A program made the position numbers and the translations under genes. The notes under the pieces were generated by a model. That model had not been told where the DNA came from. It made no database searches and saw only the letters and a program-made list of their open reading frames with translations. From NCBI GenBank assembly GCA_951813565.1, contig OX638351.1:4717506-4781505 (forward strand): DNA of 64,000 nt, written 5' to 3'. Shown piece after piece: positions 10,080 through 20,642 of the stretch (its first letter is position 1; every line of letters starts with the position of its first letter). The DNA is from an uncultured Poribacteria bacterium (GTDB taxonomy: Bacteria; Poribacteria; WGA-4E; WGA-3G).

Positions 10080-11060
10080 CTAACTCGCTTGCTGCAATTT
10101 CAGAAACAGGTCTCGGAAAATTGCATCACGATTCACGCTTGTCGCAACACGCATCAGGTGCCGATTGTTATCAAAACTCCACGTTACAGCATCTGTCAGA
10201 ATAGGACTATGCACAATTTCTGTTGGCACCCAACTGCTATTGACAAGATACGCTGTCGCTGATATATCCCAGATAACTTTTGACCAACCGAAGTGGTCTT
10301 TGTGGTAGTCTTTGAAAATTTCAACGAGATAATCACCGATTTTTCCCTGTCCTTGAACGTAACGCTCCATCTCAGCGACTGTTGTGTGTAAATGTGAAAC
10401 CACGCCACGTGCGGGAAGATGGACAAACGGCACACCACAATCAAGAACCAATCGCGCAGCGTGGATATCTTGTGCCAAGTTGAATTCTCGTGTATGAGAC
10501 CAGTATAGCGGATTACCACCAAGCCAGACTACTACTATATTTTTGATAATTTCAGGTTCAAGCAGAATTGCAGAAGCAACATTCGTAATTGCCCCAACAG
10601 CGACAACGTAAAGAGGCTCATCGGTGTTTGCTATTGCGCGTTCAATCATATCGGTTGCTGCATCGCTCGGCACAGCAGCCTTTCCATCTGACAGGAAAGT
10701 CTTTGAACCGCGATAAACAAAACCATCGGAATCAACGCCAAGAAAGTCTAATAGCCGCAGAATTTCGTCGTAGCTTTTCTCCATGCCATCTTCAGCATTC
10801 GCAGAACGGTTGTTGTGAAAGGGGGCAGCGTATATCGCTTCAACATTGAGTTGATCGGGTGAGAGAAGCGCGTGAACAACTGCAAACTGGTCGTCAATTT
10901 CATTGTAGGTGTCCGTATCAAGCACCATTCGGACGCGTCCCTCTGGAAGTTGTAACATCTCTAAACATCTTGACTCAGACAGGTTTGGGAAGTTCATTTG
11001 TATTGCCTTTATTGCTTTGGATTTTCTATAGTGTATCACATTATCAGGGATGAAAGTCAA
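10080..11060 (-). CDS. inosine-uridine-preferring nucleoside hydrolase family protein
   Basis: 326 aa; N-terminal aspartate cluster VLDTDTYNEIDDQFAVVHAL matches the DXDXXXDD signature of IU-nucleoside hydrolases. Confidence 0.85.
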   Translation of the reverse strand: MTFIPDNVIHYRKSKAIKAIQMNFPNLSESRCLEMLQLPEGRVRMVLDTDTYNEIDDQFAVVHALLSPDQLNVEAIYAAPFHNNRSANAEDGMEKSYDEILRLLDFLGVDSDGFVYRGSKTFLSDGKAAVPSDAATDMIERAIANTDEPLYVVAVGAITNVASAILLEPEIIKNIVVVWLGGNPLYWSHTREFNLAQDIHAARLVLDCGVPFVHLPARGVVSHLHTTVAEMERYVQGQGKIGDYLVEIFKDYHKDHFGWSKVIWDISATAYLVNSSWVPTEIVHSPILTDAVTWSFDNNRHLMRVATSVNRDAIFRDLFLKLQQAS

Positions 11061-11283
11061 TTGATTTCTGAAATAGAGTATGACTATTTGGTATTAGGAT
11101 TTTTGCACAAATTTATTGATGAGTCGCGAGCTGGAGCTCGCTCCTACAGGAAGAGTCTTGAGCAGAAGATTGGAAAGGCATTGCCGCTTTAAACTTGTTT
11201 GAAAATTTCAGAGTTTCAGAGTAAAGTGCGAAATGCAGCCACGAAATTGGAATATAAATTTGACGTTAGTAACTTTGCTGCAA

Positions 11284-11400
11284 ATGATAATGAGACTCTT
11301 TATTATGAATTTTAAAAGAAAATGAGTTTCATTATCATTTAATTTTTATGATATTGAGACTCAGTATTACTTTAAATATACGATATTAAGTCTCATTATC
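11284..11400. repeat. four alternating-orientation copies of a 13-bp motif GATAATGAGACTC (iteron/operator-like array)
   Basis: 11284-11300 direct, 11322-11339 inverted, 11350-11364 direct, 11382-11400 inverted. Lies in a ~1 kb AT-rich divergent intergenic region. Confidence 0.7.
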
Positions 11401-11723
11401 AAGTTTATCGTTGTATTACTGAAACTTACTAATATACTTTTGCTTATTTTTATATATTCTATTTGTGAAACTTTGCAGGTCGTTTGTGAAATTCAATTGA
11501 TTGTTAGAAATATGATAAGGTTTGTTGGTTTTATATCGCTCAAATGCCTCAAATTTCGTTTTTATAGCCATAATTTGGTTTGGCGTAGGAAAATATAGTA
11601 GGTAAGTTCGAATTAATGCTAAGAGAGGCAATTTACAGGTAAATTTGCTTTATGTAATCATCTATACGGAACAATCCTTTATAGGGTGTGTAAAGTTTTT
11701 GTAGAAATCCGCACAACTCCTAT

Positions 11724-11799
11724 TGTAGGGGCGGGTCCCTGTGCCCACCCATTGTTCCATCTTCAAGACATGGCGAGGCACAGAGACCTCGCCCTACAA
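11724..11799. repeat. BIME-like pair of REP-type hairpins (TGTAGG-GGCGGG-tccctgtg-CCCACCC and inverted GGCGAGG-cacagagac-CCTCGCC-CTACAA)
   Basis: Two GC-rich stem-loops in opposite orientation. Same family recurs at 32646-32722, 33681-33709 and 42774-42800. Confidence 0.8.
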
Positions 11800-12074
11800 A
11801 TGATTTATGAGATAGGTTGTAGTAAGGTTACTCTGAAAACTCTAAATTTCTGACTGTTCATAGTCGTACCGTGCAGGATAATTGGAAGGAAGCATGCCGC
11901 TAAATGTGTTTTCACCTTTCATTGCTGATATAAACGGTTGACATAGTTTTGGTTTTATTGTATAATTCTTGATAATATTGTACAAGAATACTATTTCGCA
12001 GCTTATCGGAATGGAGATTGTACTGAGACAGAAGTTATAGCATTTAGAAATCACTGCTCTCAACGCACCTAAAT

Positions 12075-13073
12075 ATGAATGCACTCCGTCTATTCGTTAA
12101 CGGCTTTCTGATAGGCATCGCCAACATTATTCCGGGAATGAGTGGTGGCACGCTCGCTCTTGTTTTAGGAATTTATGAACGCTTAATCACAGCATTACGT
12201 AACATAGGTGCTTCTACTGTTAAGCGGTTGCTCAGCATTTTCACCTTTAGAAAGACTGCATTCTCAGACTTTCAAGATGAATTACGTCGTATTGATTTTA
12301 GTTTCCTGATGATATTAGGCATTGGTGCTGTTGCTGCAGTGTTGATGTCGTCAAAACTGATTGTATATCTATTAGACTCTCACCATGATGCGACTTACGG
12401 TTTCTTTTTCGGCTTGGTTCTGACATCTATTCTGATACCGTTGCGGATGCTAAAGGGATTTGGTTGGCGGGAATTTTTGGTCTTGCTCGTAGCGATTGCG
12501 CTGCTCGTTTTTGCTGAAGAACTCAAAAAATCTGCTGCGGGTTCAACATCAGTTTCAGGTGAAGGTTTAGAAGTATCAATTGGGACACTGGCCATATTTT
12601 TTGGATGTGGCGCACTGGCAATTTCAGCAATGATTCTTCCCGGTGTTAGTGGTTCGTTTCTATTACTTGCATTCGGTGTCTATTTTCCGCTCGTAACAGC
12701 GATTAAGAATTTCATGGAGGATGTTCCGACTTTATTTAAAGGAGACGTAAATCCCTCAATTCTTAGTAACCTGTTGATACTCGCTTTTTTTGCACTCGGT
12801 TGTTTGTTTGGTCTTTTAGCATTCACAAGGTTGCTAAACTTTTTACTGGAACGCTACCGTAATCTAACAATCGCCTTTTTAATAGGGTTAATGGCGGGTT
12901 CTTTATACGGCTTATGGCCATTTCGTGCATCTGTGGCGGTTGGCGAAAAAAGGTATGATACGGCGCACTTGCTTCCACAATTAGACATGAATTTGCTCAT
13001 CACAGTGAGTGTTTTTCTGGTTGGCTGTGTGATAATCTTAGGGTTTTCCCGATTAGAGAAGGAGACGGGATGA
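12075..13073 (+). CDS. DUF368-family membrane protein (putative polyprenyl-phosphate transporter, PopT-like)
   Basis: 332 aa. Internal duplication of the DUF368 signature: IIPGMSGGTLALVLGIYERLI and ILPGVSGSFLLLAFGVYFPLV. Multiple TM helices. Confidence 0.7.
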   Translation: MNALRLFVNGFLIGIANIIPGMSGGTLALVLGIYERLITALRNIGASTVKRLLSIFTFRKTAFSDFQDELRRIDFSFLMILGIGAVAAVLMSSKLIVYLLDSHHDATYGFFFGLVLTSILIPLRMLKGFGWREFLVLLVAIALLVFAEELKKSAAGSTSVSGEGLEVSIGTLAIFFGCGALAISAMILPGVSGSFLLLAFGVYFPLVTAIKNFMEDVPTLFKGDVNPSILSNLLILAFFALGCLFGLLAFTRLLNFLLERYRNLTIAFLIGLMAGSLYGLWPFRASVAVGEKRYDTAHLLPQLDMNLLITVSVFLVGCVIILGFSRLEKETG

Positions 13074-13933
13074 CGAAAAAGGTCGGTTTTTTTGTCAATA
13101 CCACAAAGGAGAAAGCACCCCAAATTGTGGCGGACGTCTCGGAGTTACTAAAGAAAGCAGGTGTCGTTCCATTAGTACCTGATGAACAAGCAAAAGCACT
13201 CGGACTGCCATTAACAGGAATCACCACAACTCAGATGGTAGAAGAGGCTAATGTGATACTCGTCCTTGGTGGGGATGGGACTCTTCTCAGTGCAGCGCAT
13301 ACACCACAGATTGAAAATGTACCGATCCTTGCTATCAATATTGGACACCTTGGGTTTTTGACAGATGCGTCACTGGATGAACTGAAACCGACTTTAAAGG
13401 CAACACTACAAGGGGATTATCGGATAGAGCATCGGATGATGTTAGAGGTTGTTGTGAATAGTCAAAGCCCGCAACCATTCCATGCTTTTGCGCTGAACGA
13501 TGTTGTCATCCGACACTATACACGGCTAATTGAGTTGAACGCTTATGTTGATGGTGAACTGTTTATTCCGTATAATGCAGATGGATTGATAATTGCGACG
13601 CCAAGTGGCTCAACAGGGTATTCGCTCGCGTGTGGTGGAACGATTGTGGCACCCCAATTGGAAGCGATTTTGCTGACACCCATCGCACCGCACAGTCTCA
13701 CCGTGCGCCCCTTTATCGCACACGGGGACGCTAAAATAAAAGTCGAGATGCATTCTACGTATGAACATCTGGATCTATTTATTGATGGACAACGTGAAAC
13801 GCATACCCTTGCAAGGGAAGCTGAGATAAAAGTACAGAAAGCAAAACGAACAATTCAGCTCATCCGATCTCGCAGTCATAGTTACTACAAAGCATTGCGT
13901 GAAAAGTTGATGTTAGGTGAAAGAATCAAATAA
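13070..13933 (+). CDS. nadK: NAD(+) kinase
   Basis: 287 aa; GGDGT motif (ILVLGGDGTLL), NIGHLGFLTD, and ATPSGSTGYSLACGG, all NAD kinase signatures. 4-bp overlap with upstream gene. Confidence 0.93.
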   Translation: MTKKVGFFVNTTKEKAPQIVADVSELLKKAGVVPLVPDEQAKALGLPLTGITTTQMVEEANVILVLGGDGTLLSAAHTPQIENVPILAINIGHLGFLTDASLDELKPTLKATLQGDYRIEHRMMLEVVVNSQSPQPFHAFALNDVVIRHYTRLIELNAYVDGELFIPYNADGLIIATPSGSTGYSLACGGTIVAPQLEAILLTPIAPHSLTVRPFIAHGDAKIKVEMHSTYEHLDLFIDGQRETHTLAREAEIKVQKAKRTIQLIRSRSHSYYKALREKLMLGERIK

Positions 13934-13963
13934 GATATTTTTAGGTTTTTAAAGGAAAAAACC

Positions 13964-15670
13964 GTGATAGAAGCGATCTCTATCCACAACATTGCCCTGA
14001 TAGACGAACTTGAATTGGAACTCTCACCGGGATTGAACATCTTCACAGGTGAGACAGGAGCAGGAAAATCGGTCATCCTCAAATCAATTGGCTTGGTTTT
14101 AGGAGAACGAACTTCTGCCGATATTGTGCGAGAAGGCACCAGCTCTGCGGCTGTGGAAGTCAGTGTTGTGCCGTCATCAGCGCTGCCGACAGATACGGAA
14201 TCGGGTGATACCTTAGTTCTCGCCAGACAAATAAGTGCAAACGGTAGAAGTCGATGTCGTATTAACGGAGAACTGGCAAACTTAAAACAGTTAGAGGAAT
14301 TGGGAACTCTATTGGTTGATATTCATGGGCAACACGAACATCAATCTTTGTTTAGAACCGAAATGCATCTTGAACTATTAGATGATTTTGGAGAGACCGA
14401 CACAGAGCGGCAAAAGGTTAGCGAAAAATATCATCACCTCCTTAATTTGCAACGGGAGATGGATTCACTGATACATACATTGCGAACATCTGAACGCGAA
14501 AAGGAACTGCTTGAATTTGAGGTCCAGGAACTTGCTGCTGCAAACCTGCAAGAAAGTGAAGAGGAAGCACTAACATCTGAAATGCAAGTGCTAAATAATG
14601 CGGAAGAATTGTACGAGTCCGCAAACCTTGTGTATGAACAACTTGACGGTCAAGCGCAAACGGAATTTGGAGGCACAAGTTCTGGCAGTAGCGTTTCAGT
14701 GTTACAAAATTTGAGAGATTCTGCTAAGACTTTTGCAAAGTTGTCTGAAATGGATACAAGTCTTTCGGAATTGAGCGAGCGGATAGATTCATCTTTATAC
14801 GAACTTGAGGATATTGCTTCACAAATTCGGCAGTACGCAGACACTGTGGAGTTTAATCCGGCACGCCTATCAGAAGTGACTGATCGGCTGGAGCTTATCT
14901 CTAAATTCAAAAGGCGATATGGCAACACAATTTCAGAGATGTTAGATTACCAAGTAGAAGCAGAACGTAAGTTAGAGGACTTAGAACTCGGCTCTGAAAA
15001 AATTGATTCACTCAAAGAGCAAATTCGTAAAATGAAACTGGAGGCACAGGAATTGTGTATTGCGTTGTCCGAAAAACGCAAAAAGGTTGCGCAAACGCTT
15101 TCAGCATTAGTTCAGAAGGAGCTTCAGGAACTTGGCATGGAAAAAGCGGAATTTCGGACATTGGTAGAACCTATTCAAGATGAAAATGGTTTTCTTTTGA
15201 TTGATGGAAACCGTTATGCGTGCCGTGAGCACGGTATGGATAAAGTTGAGTTCTTAATTGCGCCTAACGTCGGGTCTGAGTTGCGTCCGTTGGCAAGAAT
15301 CGCATCGGGTGGTGAGATATCGCGTGTCATGCTTGCCCTAAAGACAGTGTTAGTTCAAGTAGACAACATCCCGACTGTGCTTTTTGATGAAATTGACAGC
15401 GGAATAGGCGGTAAAATCGCTGATGTCGTTGGTATGAAATTAAAGGAGCTTTCCCAATCTGCTCAAGTTATCTGCATTACACATTTACCGCAGATTGCAC
15501 GTTTTGCGGATCGTCATTTTCTGGTTGAAAAAGAGGTTGTGAATGAACGAACACTGATTACTGCTAAACCGCTGACAGAAGCTGAACGGGTCACAGAGAT
15601 CGCACGTATGCACGGTGGAAAAGAGACGGAAGTTGGGCTTGCCCATGCGCGAGAATTATTGAGTGGATAA
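13964..15670 (+). CDS. recN: DNA repair protein RecN
   Basis: 568 aa SMC-like; N-terminal Walker A (FTGETGAGKS), long coiled-coil, C-terminal signature and Walker B (LLFDEIDSGIGG). Confidence 0.93.
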   Translation: MIEAISIHNIALIDELELELSPGLNIFTGETGAGKSVILKSIGLVLGERTSADIVREGTSSAAVEVSVVPSSALPTDTESGDTLVLARQISANGRSRCRINGELANLKQLEELGTLLVDIHGQHEHQSLFRTEMHLELLDDFGETDTERQKVSEKYHHLLNLQREMDSLIHTLRTSEREKELLEFEVQELAAANLQESEEEALTSEMQVLNNAEELYESANLVYEQLDGQAQTEFGGTSSGSSVSVLQNLRDSAKTFAKLSEMDTSLSELSERIDSSLYELEDIASQIRQYADTVEFNPARLSEVTDRLELISKFKRRYGNTISEMLDYQVEAERKLEDLELGSEKIDSLKEQIRKMKLEAQELCIALSEKRKKVAQTLSALVQKELQELGMEKAEFRTLVEPIQDENGFLLIDGNRYACREHGMDKVEFLIAPNVGSELRPLARIASGGEISRVMLALKTVLVQVDNIPTVLFDEIDSGIGGKIADVVGMKLKELSQSAQVICITHLPQIARFADRHFLVEKEVVNERTLITAKPLTEAERVTEIARMHGGKETEVGLAHARELLSG

Positions 15671-15696
15671 TACCATTCAAAGGATCATTATAAACT

Positions 15697-18600
15697 ATGG
15701 ATGAAAGGTTTACACAATCAACTGGCACAAACGTCTATACTGGCTGTGAGTTGCTTGTCAAAGGTTCATTAGAGAGCGGCGTTAGCCTGATGACAGGGTA
15801 TCCCGGTTCACCGCTTGCAGAAGTTTTTGACGTCCTGCAGCGAAATGCGGATCTCCTCAAATCAAATGGGATCGTAGCGCAGATAGCCAATAATGAGGCG
15901 TTGAGCATTGCCCGGTTGAACGGTTCGCAAATGGCGGACATGCGCGCAATCGCATTTATGAAAAGCGTTGGTTTGCACGTTGCGTCTGATGCACTTGCGA
16001 TAAGTAATATGGCGGGGACAACCGGTGGTGCTGTGGTTGTTGTGGGTGATGATACGTGGTCCTATAGCACACAAGTTCCTGCTGATTCTCGTGTTTTAGC
16101 ACGACATCTTTATATGCCCCTTTTAGAGCCATCAACTTGGCAAGAGATGAAAAATTGGATTGATTGTGCATTCGAAATTTCTGCGGATGCAAACCTCTAT
16201 ACCTGCTATTTAACAACTCAGAATCAAGCAGATGGTGGCGGAATTGTTGAACTACATCCCAATTGTAATCCGACTATTAGCCAGATAGCACAAACAGAGT
16301 TGAATACGGAATTAATTTCCATAGATGATCGCGTGGTTTTGCCTCCTGATACTGCTCGTATTGAAGTAGAAACACTCCGTGAAAGGTTTCCTACCGCGCT
16401 TGAAACAGCAAAGCGATTAGGACTCAACGAAATCCTTTATCCTGCAAACAGTAATGGAAATTCAGCGTCAGTTCAAGCGCAACATAGAATTGGATTTGTG
16501 ACATCTGGTTTCAGTTATGTTTATCTGGAACATGCCTTAACTGAACTAAATCTCAGCGGTTCAGTCCCTATCCTCAAACTCGGTCTGACGCACCCGCTTG
16601 ACGAAGATATCCTCTATGAATTTGCACAAGAAATAGATGAACTGTTTGTCATTGAAGAAAAACGCCCTATCCTTGAAAACGAAATCAAGGCATTTCTGAC
16701 GCAGATGTATCAAGAAGGCACTCTGGATAAGTTTATGAAGGTGTGGGGCAAACAGTTCCCTAATGGGTTGTCTGGTATCCCTATAGAGGCAGGATTAGAT
16801 GCATCTATTCTGATTCAACGCTTAATACCGCTCTTTTCAGAAAATGGGCGATTTGCGTCCACTGTTCCGGTAGATGTCCAACTCTTTGAACAAGAAGCAC
16901 AATTACAGCAACAAGTGTCTGAAATCAAGACTGATATTCCAGCACGCACCCCAACTTTCTGTCCCGGATGTCCACACCGAGATTCCTCAAGTGTCCTTCT
17001 CGAAATTACAAATCAATTTATGGATGCCACGTATATGCAAAAGCATCACGATTCACCGCCAGTTGATCTGGTTTTTCACGGAGATATCGGCTGCTATTCA
17101 ATGCTAAAATACGAACCGTTTCCGCGCTTGATGCACAATCTCTCTGCTATGACATTAGGTGGTGGCGCAGGCGCAGGTATTGATCCGTTTATTGTCAATA
17201 AGCAGGTCGTTTTTATGGGGGATTCAACCTTCTTTCACGGTGGTATGTCCGCAATTTCTGATTCCATCAAGAATAATCAAGATATTGCCTATATTATATT
17301 AGACAATCAAACAACGGCAATGACAGGCCACCAACCGACACCTGCAGGCGAAATGGATATCCTCGGCAATCCAACGTTTGCGCAAGACATTGAGACAGTT
17401 GTACAGGGCTTAGCTGGAAATTCTGAAATAACCATTGTACGTGTCAATCCGGAAGATCGGTTGAACTATAAAAAATATCTTGAGAAGGCAATTTTGAGAG
17501 ATGGAGTCAAGATTATCATCGCGGATAAAGAATGTGCGATTACCTTCCACAGACGCCTCCGACGTGAACAACAAACAATAAAAGAGAAAGACGGCTTTTT
17601 AAAGGTCGAAAAACATATTAACATTACATCTGAAGTCTGTGAATTTTGTTTAGAATGTACCAAATCTACGGGATGTCCTGCCCTAAAAATTGTTGATACC
17701 GATTATGGAGACAAAATAGCAATTGATCGTTCTAACTGTGTAACCGATGGTGCTTGTGCGCGGATTAAATGGGCGTGTCCGTCCTTTGAAGAAGTTATCG
17801 TAACACGCAAACGTCCCCCTCGTGCGCAACATATTCAGCAAATTGAGAAGCCAAAACATAAGGACGAAGACTCAGCGGATGTATGGGAAGATTCAGGGCT
17901 ATCTGAATTACTTTCACGACTGAGGATAAACGGAGCCGCCCCTTTACCACCACCACCTCCAAGAACTTTTGACAGAGCATGGAGTGCCTACGCAGCAGGT
18001 GTCGGTGGAATGGGTATCGGAACGATCTCTAAAATACTTGTTGTTGCGGGGTATCTCCAAGGGTATGATGTGCATTTCTGTGATAGAAAGGGGTTAGCGA
18101 TACGAAATGGGGGTGTCTATACACACGTTACTTATACGAATTCTGGTCATAAAATTTCACCGATTATCCCTTACGGCAAAGCGGATCTCGTCTTAGGGCT
18201 TGATATTTTAGAAACGGTTCGGGGCATTTCAGCGGAATCGGTTTTCCGTGTGGCATCAACTGAACGCACTGCTGCCGTTGTCAATACAGCCAAAACAGAG
18301 ACGATGACAACCCTCATTGGGAAAGATAGTTTTGAAACTGATGATTTAGAAGAAACTATTGAACACAATACGAATGCCTATGTTGGTATTAACCTATTTG
18401 ACATCTCGGAACAGTTGTTCGGCACAAAACTTTATGCAAATATCATGCTAATAGGTGTTGCGTTCCAACGAGGCTTGATGCCAATTGAGATGGAACCATT
18501 AAAACTTGCGTTAAAGCAGATGGTCAGGCGTTCCGATTTACAACAGAACCTTAATGCGTTTGAAGTTGGTAGATACCTTGCAGTAAATGAAAATGTTGAT

Positions 18601-19362
18601 AGTACTCTAATTCAACATATATCCGATGTTTCTAAACAGACTTATACTGAGACATTAGCGGAGAAAAGAGGTATTCTAACAGAGAAATTCCGTGGTAAAC
18701 GTCTTGCAGATTCATACCTCGGTTTAGTTGAAAGTATCGTCGAAAAAGTTCGTTTAGATGAGTCAACACATCGTAGTCTTGCACTCTATATCTATGATTT
18801 GATTCAGTTTGAAAATATAAATTATGCGCGGTTATATATTGAAAAAATAGAACAACTCTACGATAAAGACTTTGGCGACTACCGTGCCACAAAATCTGCT
18901 ATTAAATACTTACACAAAGTGATGCTGATTAAAGACGAAGTATATGTTTCACACTTGTTGACAAGTAAAGAAAAATTCGCTCACGATAAGGTCCGTTATA
19001 ATGTTGATGAGAAGAACGGTGATAAAATACGTTATCTTCATCTCAACCGCCCGCATTTCACTGTGATGGGTATTGACATTGAACATGATATTGATACTCG
19101 AAACTGGATGTTGCACTTGATGAAACGAATGAAGTTTCTAAGACGGTGGTTATCGCAGTGGCACGCAAAAGAGAAGGAATTTCGAGATTGGTATATCCAA
19201 GAAGTTATTGATACATTTTCACCAACTGATGAGAACTATGCTAAATATGTAGAAGCATTAGAATGCCCTGAAACCGTTCGGGGTTATAGGGAAATTCGTT
19301 ATCCGACGATGGAAGCGGCGAAACAGAAGGTTGAAAAACTACTTGGACCAGAGGCATCGTAA
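15697..19362 (+). CDS. fused indolepyruvate/2-oxoacid:ferredoxin oxidoreductase family protein (IorA-IorB-like, single polypeptide)
   Basis: 1221 aa; TPP-binding region (GDIGCYSM, CPGCPH), 4Fe-4S Cys motif (CEFCLECTKSTGCP), C-terminal IorB-like domain. Confidence 0.8.
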   Translation: MDERFTQSTGTNVYTGCELLVKGSLESGVSLMTGYPGSPLAEVFDVLQRNADLLKSNGIVAQIANNEALSIARLNGSQMADMRAIAFMKSVGLHVASDALAISNMAGTTGGAVVVVGDDTWSYSTQVPADSRVLARHLYMPLLEPSTWQEMKNWIDCAFEISADANLYTCYLTTQNQADGGGIVELHPNCNPTISQIAQTELNTELISIDDRVVLPPDTARIEVETLRERFPTALETAKRLGLNEILYPANSNGNSASVQAQHRIGFVTSGFSYVYLEHALTELNLSGSVPILKLGLTHPLDEDILYEFAQEIDELFVIEEKRPILENEIKAFLTQMYQEGTLDKFMKVWGKQFPNGLSGIPIEAGLDASILIQRLIPLFSENGRFASTVPVDVQLFEQEAQLQQQVSEIKTDIPARTPTFCPGCPHRDSSSVLLEITNQFMDATYMQKHHDSPPVDLVFHGDIGCYSMLKYEPFPRLMHNLSAMTLGGGAGAGIDPFIVNKQVVFMGDSTFFHGGMSAISDSIKNNQDIAYIILDNQTTAMTGHQPTPAGEMDILGNPTFAQDIETVVQGLAGNSEITIVRVNPEDRLNYKKYLEKAILRDGVKIIIADKECAITFHRRLRREQQTIKEKDGFLKVEKHINITSEVCEFCLECTKSTGCPALKIVDTDYGDKIAIDRSNCVTDGACARIKWACPSFEEVIVTRKRPPRAQHIQQIEKPKHKDEDSADVWEDSGLSELLSRLRINGAAPLPPPPPRTFDRAWSAYAAGVGGMGIGTISKILVVAGYLQGYDVHFCDRKGLAIRNGGVYTHVTYTNSGHKISPIIPYGKADLVLGLDILETVRGISAESVFRVASTERTAAVVNTAKTETMTTLIGKDSFETDDLEETIEHNTNAYVGINLFDISEQLFGTKLYANIMLIGVAFQRGLMPIEMEPLKLALKQMVRRSDLQQNLNAFEVGRYLAVNENVDSTLIQHISDVSKQTYTETLAEKRGILTEKFRGKRLADSYLGLVESIVEKVRLDESTHRSLALYIYDLIQFENINYARLYIEKIEQLYDKDFGDYRATKSAIKYLHKVMLIKDEVYVSHLLTSKEKFAHDKVRYNVDEKNGDKIRYLHLNRPHFTVMGIDIEHDIDTRNWMLHLMKRMKFLRRWLSQWHAKEKEFRDWYIQEVIDTFSPTDENYAKYVEALECPETVRGYREIRYPTMEAAKQKVEKLLGPEAS

Positions 19363-19472
19363 CATGTAGCATCTGTTTTCTGTATAATCGCCTATAGGCG
19401 TCAATTTAAGGATAGATTTTCTTGTAGGAGTGAATCAACGCAGCATGCGCGTGTGACATGCTGCGGGTTTGT

Positions 19473-19572
19473 AACCCCGATTTAATTAGTTTAGGTTCAC
19501 AAAATCGGGGTTATAAACCCCTCCCACAAGAGAATGGTCCGAGGCGCAATGAATTGCGCGACTACAAACGCG
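19473..19572. repeat. composite repeat: 40-nt hairpin (AACCCCGATTT...AAATCGGGGTT), CCCTCCCACAAGAG box, and GCGCAATGAATTGCGCGACTACAAACGC box
   Basis: CCCTCCCACAAGAG recurs at 35744-35757 and 57621-57634. GCGCAAT(G/A)AATTGCGCGACTAC recurs at 21420-21448 and 49100-49126. Confidence 0.75.
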
Positions 19573-19661
19573 TTATTTCTTAAATTGACAGTTATGGGTA
19601 AAGCGATGCGATACCCGACCTATGACTTAACTCTTGGTAAGAAAGTTAACATAATAGTTAG

Positions 19662-20540
19662 ATGGACAAGCTGCACACAATCACTGGTCATACAAAAATT
19701 GTTGGTGTAATAGGCGCACCGGTTGAACATAGTCGTTCCCCTCAGATGCATAACGCTGCCCTTGCTAAAGCGGGACTTGATTACATCTATGTTCCGTTTC
19801 ATGTGCCTACTGACGCAGTAGCTGAGGCAATGGGCGGATTTAAGGCACTCAGCGTGGTCGGAATCAATGTCACACTTCCACATAAACAAGCGGTGATTCC
19901 GTTTCTTACATCTATCTCGCGGGAAGCGGAACTCATTGGTGCTGTAAATACGCTTACTTTTACTGATGGAGAGATACACGGTGAGAATACAGACGCTCCG
20001 GGGTTCTTAAGAGCGTTGGAGGAAGCAGGCGCATCAGTACCTGTCGGAAAAGATGTTGTTGTGATCGGTGCAGGTGGATCAGCCCGGGCAGTTGTGGTCG
20101 CTTTGGCACTCGCAAATGCACGTTCTATCGTCATTGCCAACCGAACAGTATCAAAGGCAGTTGCTTTAGCAGAGGAACTTTCTGAAAAGATTAATGTGCA
20201 GGAAGAAACAGGACATAAAACCATATTCAAAGGCATAGGGCTGCAGGATTCACGACTGCCGGATGCAGTGAGTGGTTGTGCATTATTGGTCAATACCGCT
20301 TCATCAAGTATGGACACAACACACCCGCTTTTGATCAACCCGAATTGGCTCCAACCGAGCATAACTGTCTACGATATTGTATACACTCCGCCAATGACAA
20401 CGTTATTAACAGCAGCGGATGAGAAGGGATGTACAATAGTTGGTGGAATTGGTATGTTGGTACATCAGGGCGCAATCGCTTTTGAACGGTGGACAGGTGT
20501 TGAACCGTGTGTAAACACAATGCGAGAAGCCCTATCATAA
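19662..20540 (+). CDS. aroE: shikimate dehydrogenase
   Basis: 292 aa; VIGAPVEHSRSPQMHN, NVTLPHK, GAVNT, NTDAPGF, and Rossmann GAGGSARAV motifs. Confidence 0.92.
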   Translation: MDKLHTITGHTKIVGVIGAPVEHSRSPQMHNAALAKAGLDYIYVPFHVPTDAVAEAMGGFKALSVVGINVTLPHKQAVIPFLTSISREAELIGAVNTLTFTDGEIHGENTDAPGFLRALEEAGASVPVGKDVVVIGAGGSARAVVVALALANARSIVIANRTVSKAVALAEELSEKINVQEETGHKTIFKGIGLQDSRLPDAVSGCALLVNTASSSMDTTHPLLINPNWLQPSITVYDIVYTPPMTTLLTAADEKGCTIVGGIGMLVHQGAIAFERWTGVEPCVNTMREALS

Positions 20541-20642
20541 GGAAAAAGATAAGATTTAGCCCATTTCTCTTTTTTCACCAAAGTTATTTTGTAATCCCGA
20601 CGCAACGTCATTAATTTTGAACTCTTTCTGAAAGGAACAGAT

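Noticed and set aside
11416-12084. Small ORFs 11416-11631(-) and 11842-12084(-) in the 1-kb intergenic region
   Set aside because: Very AT-rich, Lys/Asn/Ile/Phe-biased translations with no SD. The region is better explained as regulatory or repeat DNA.
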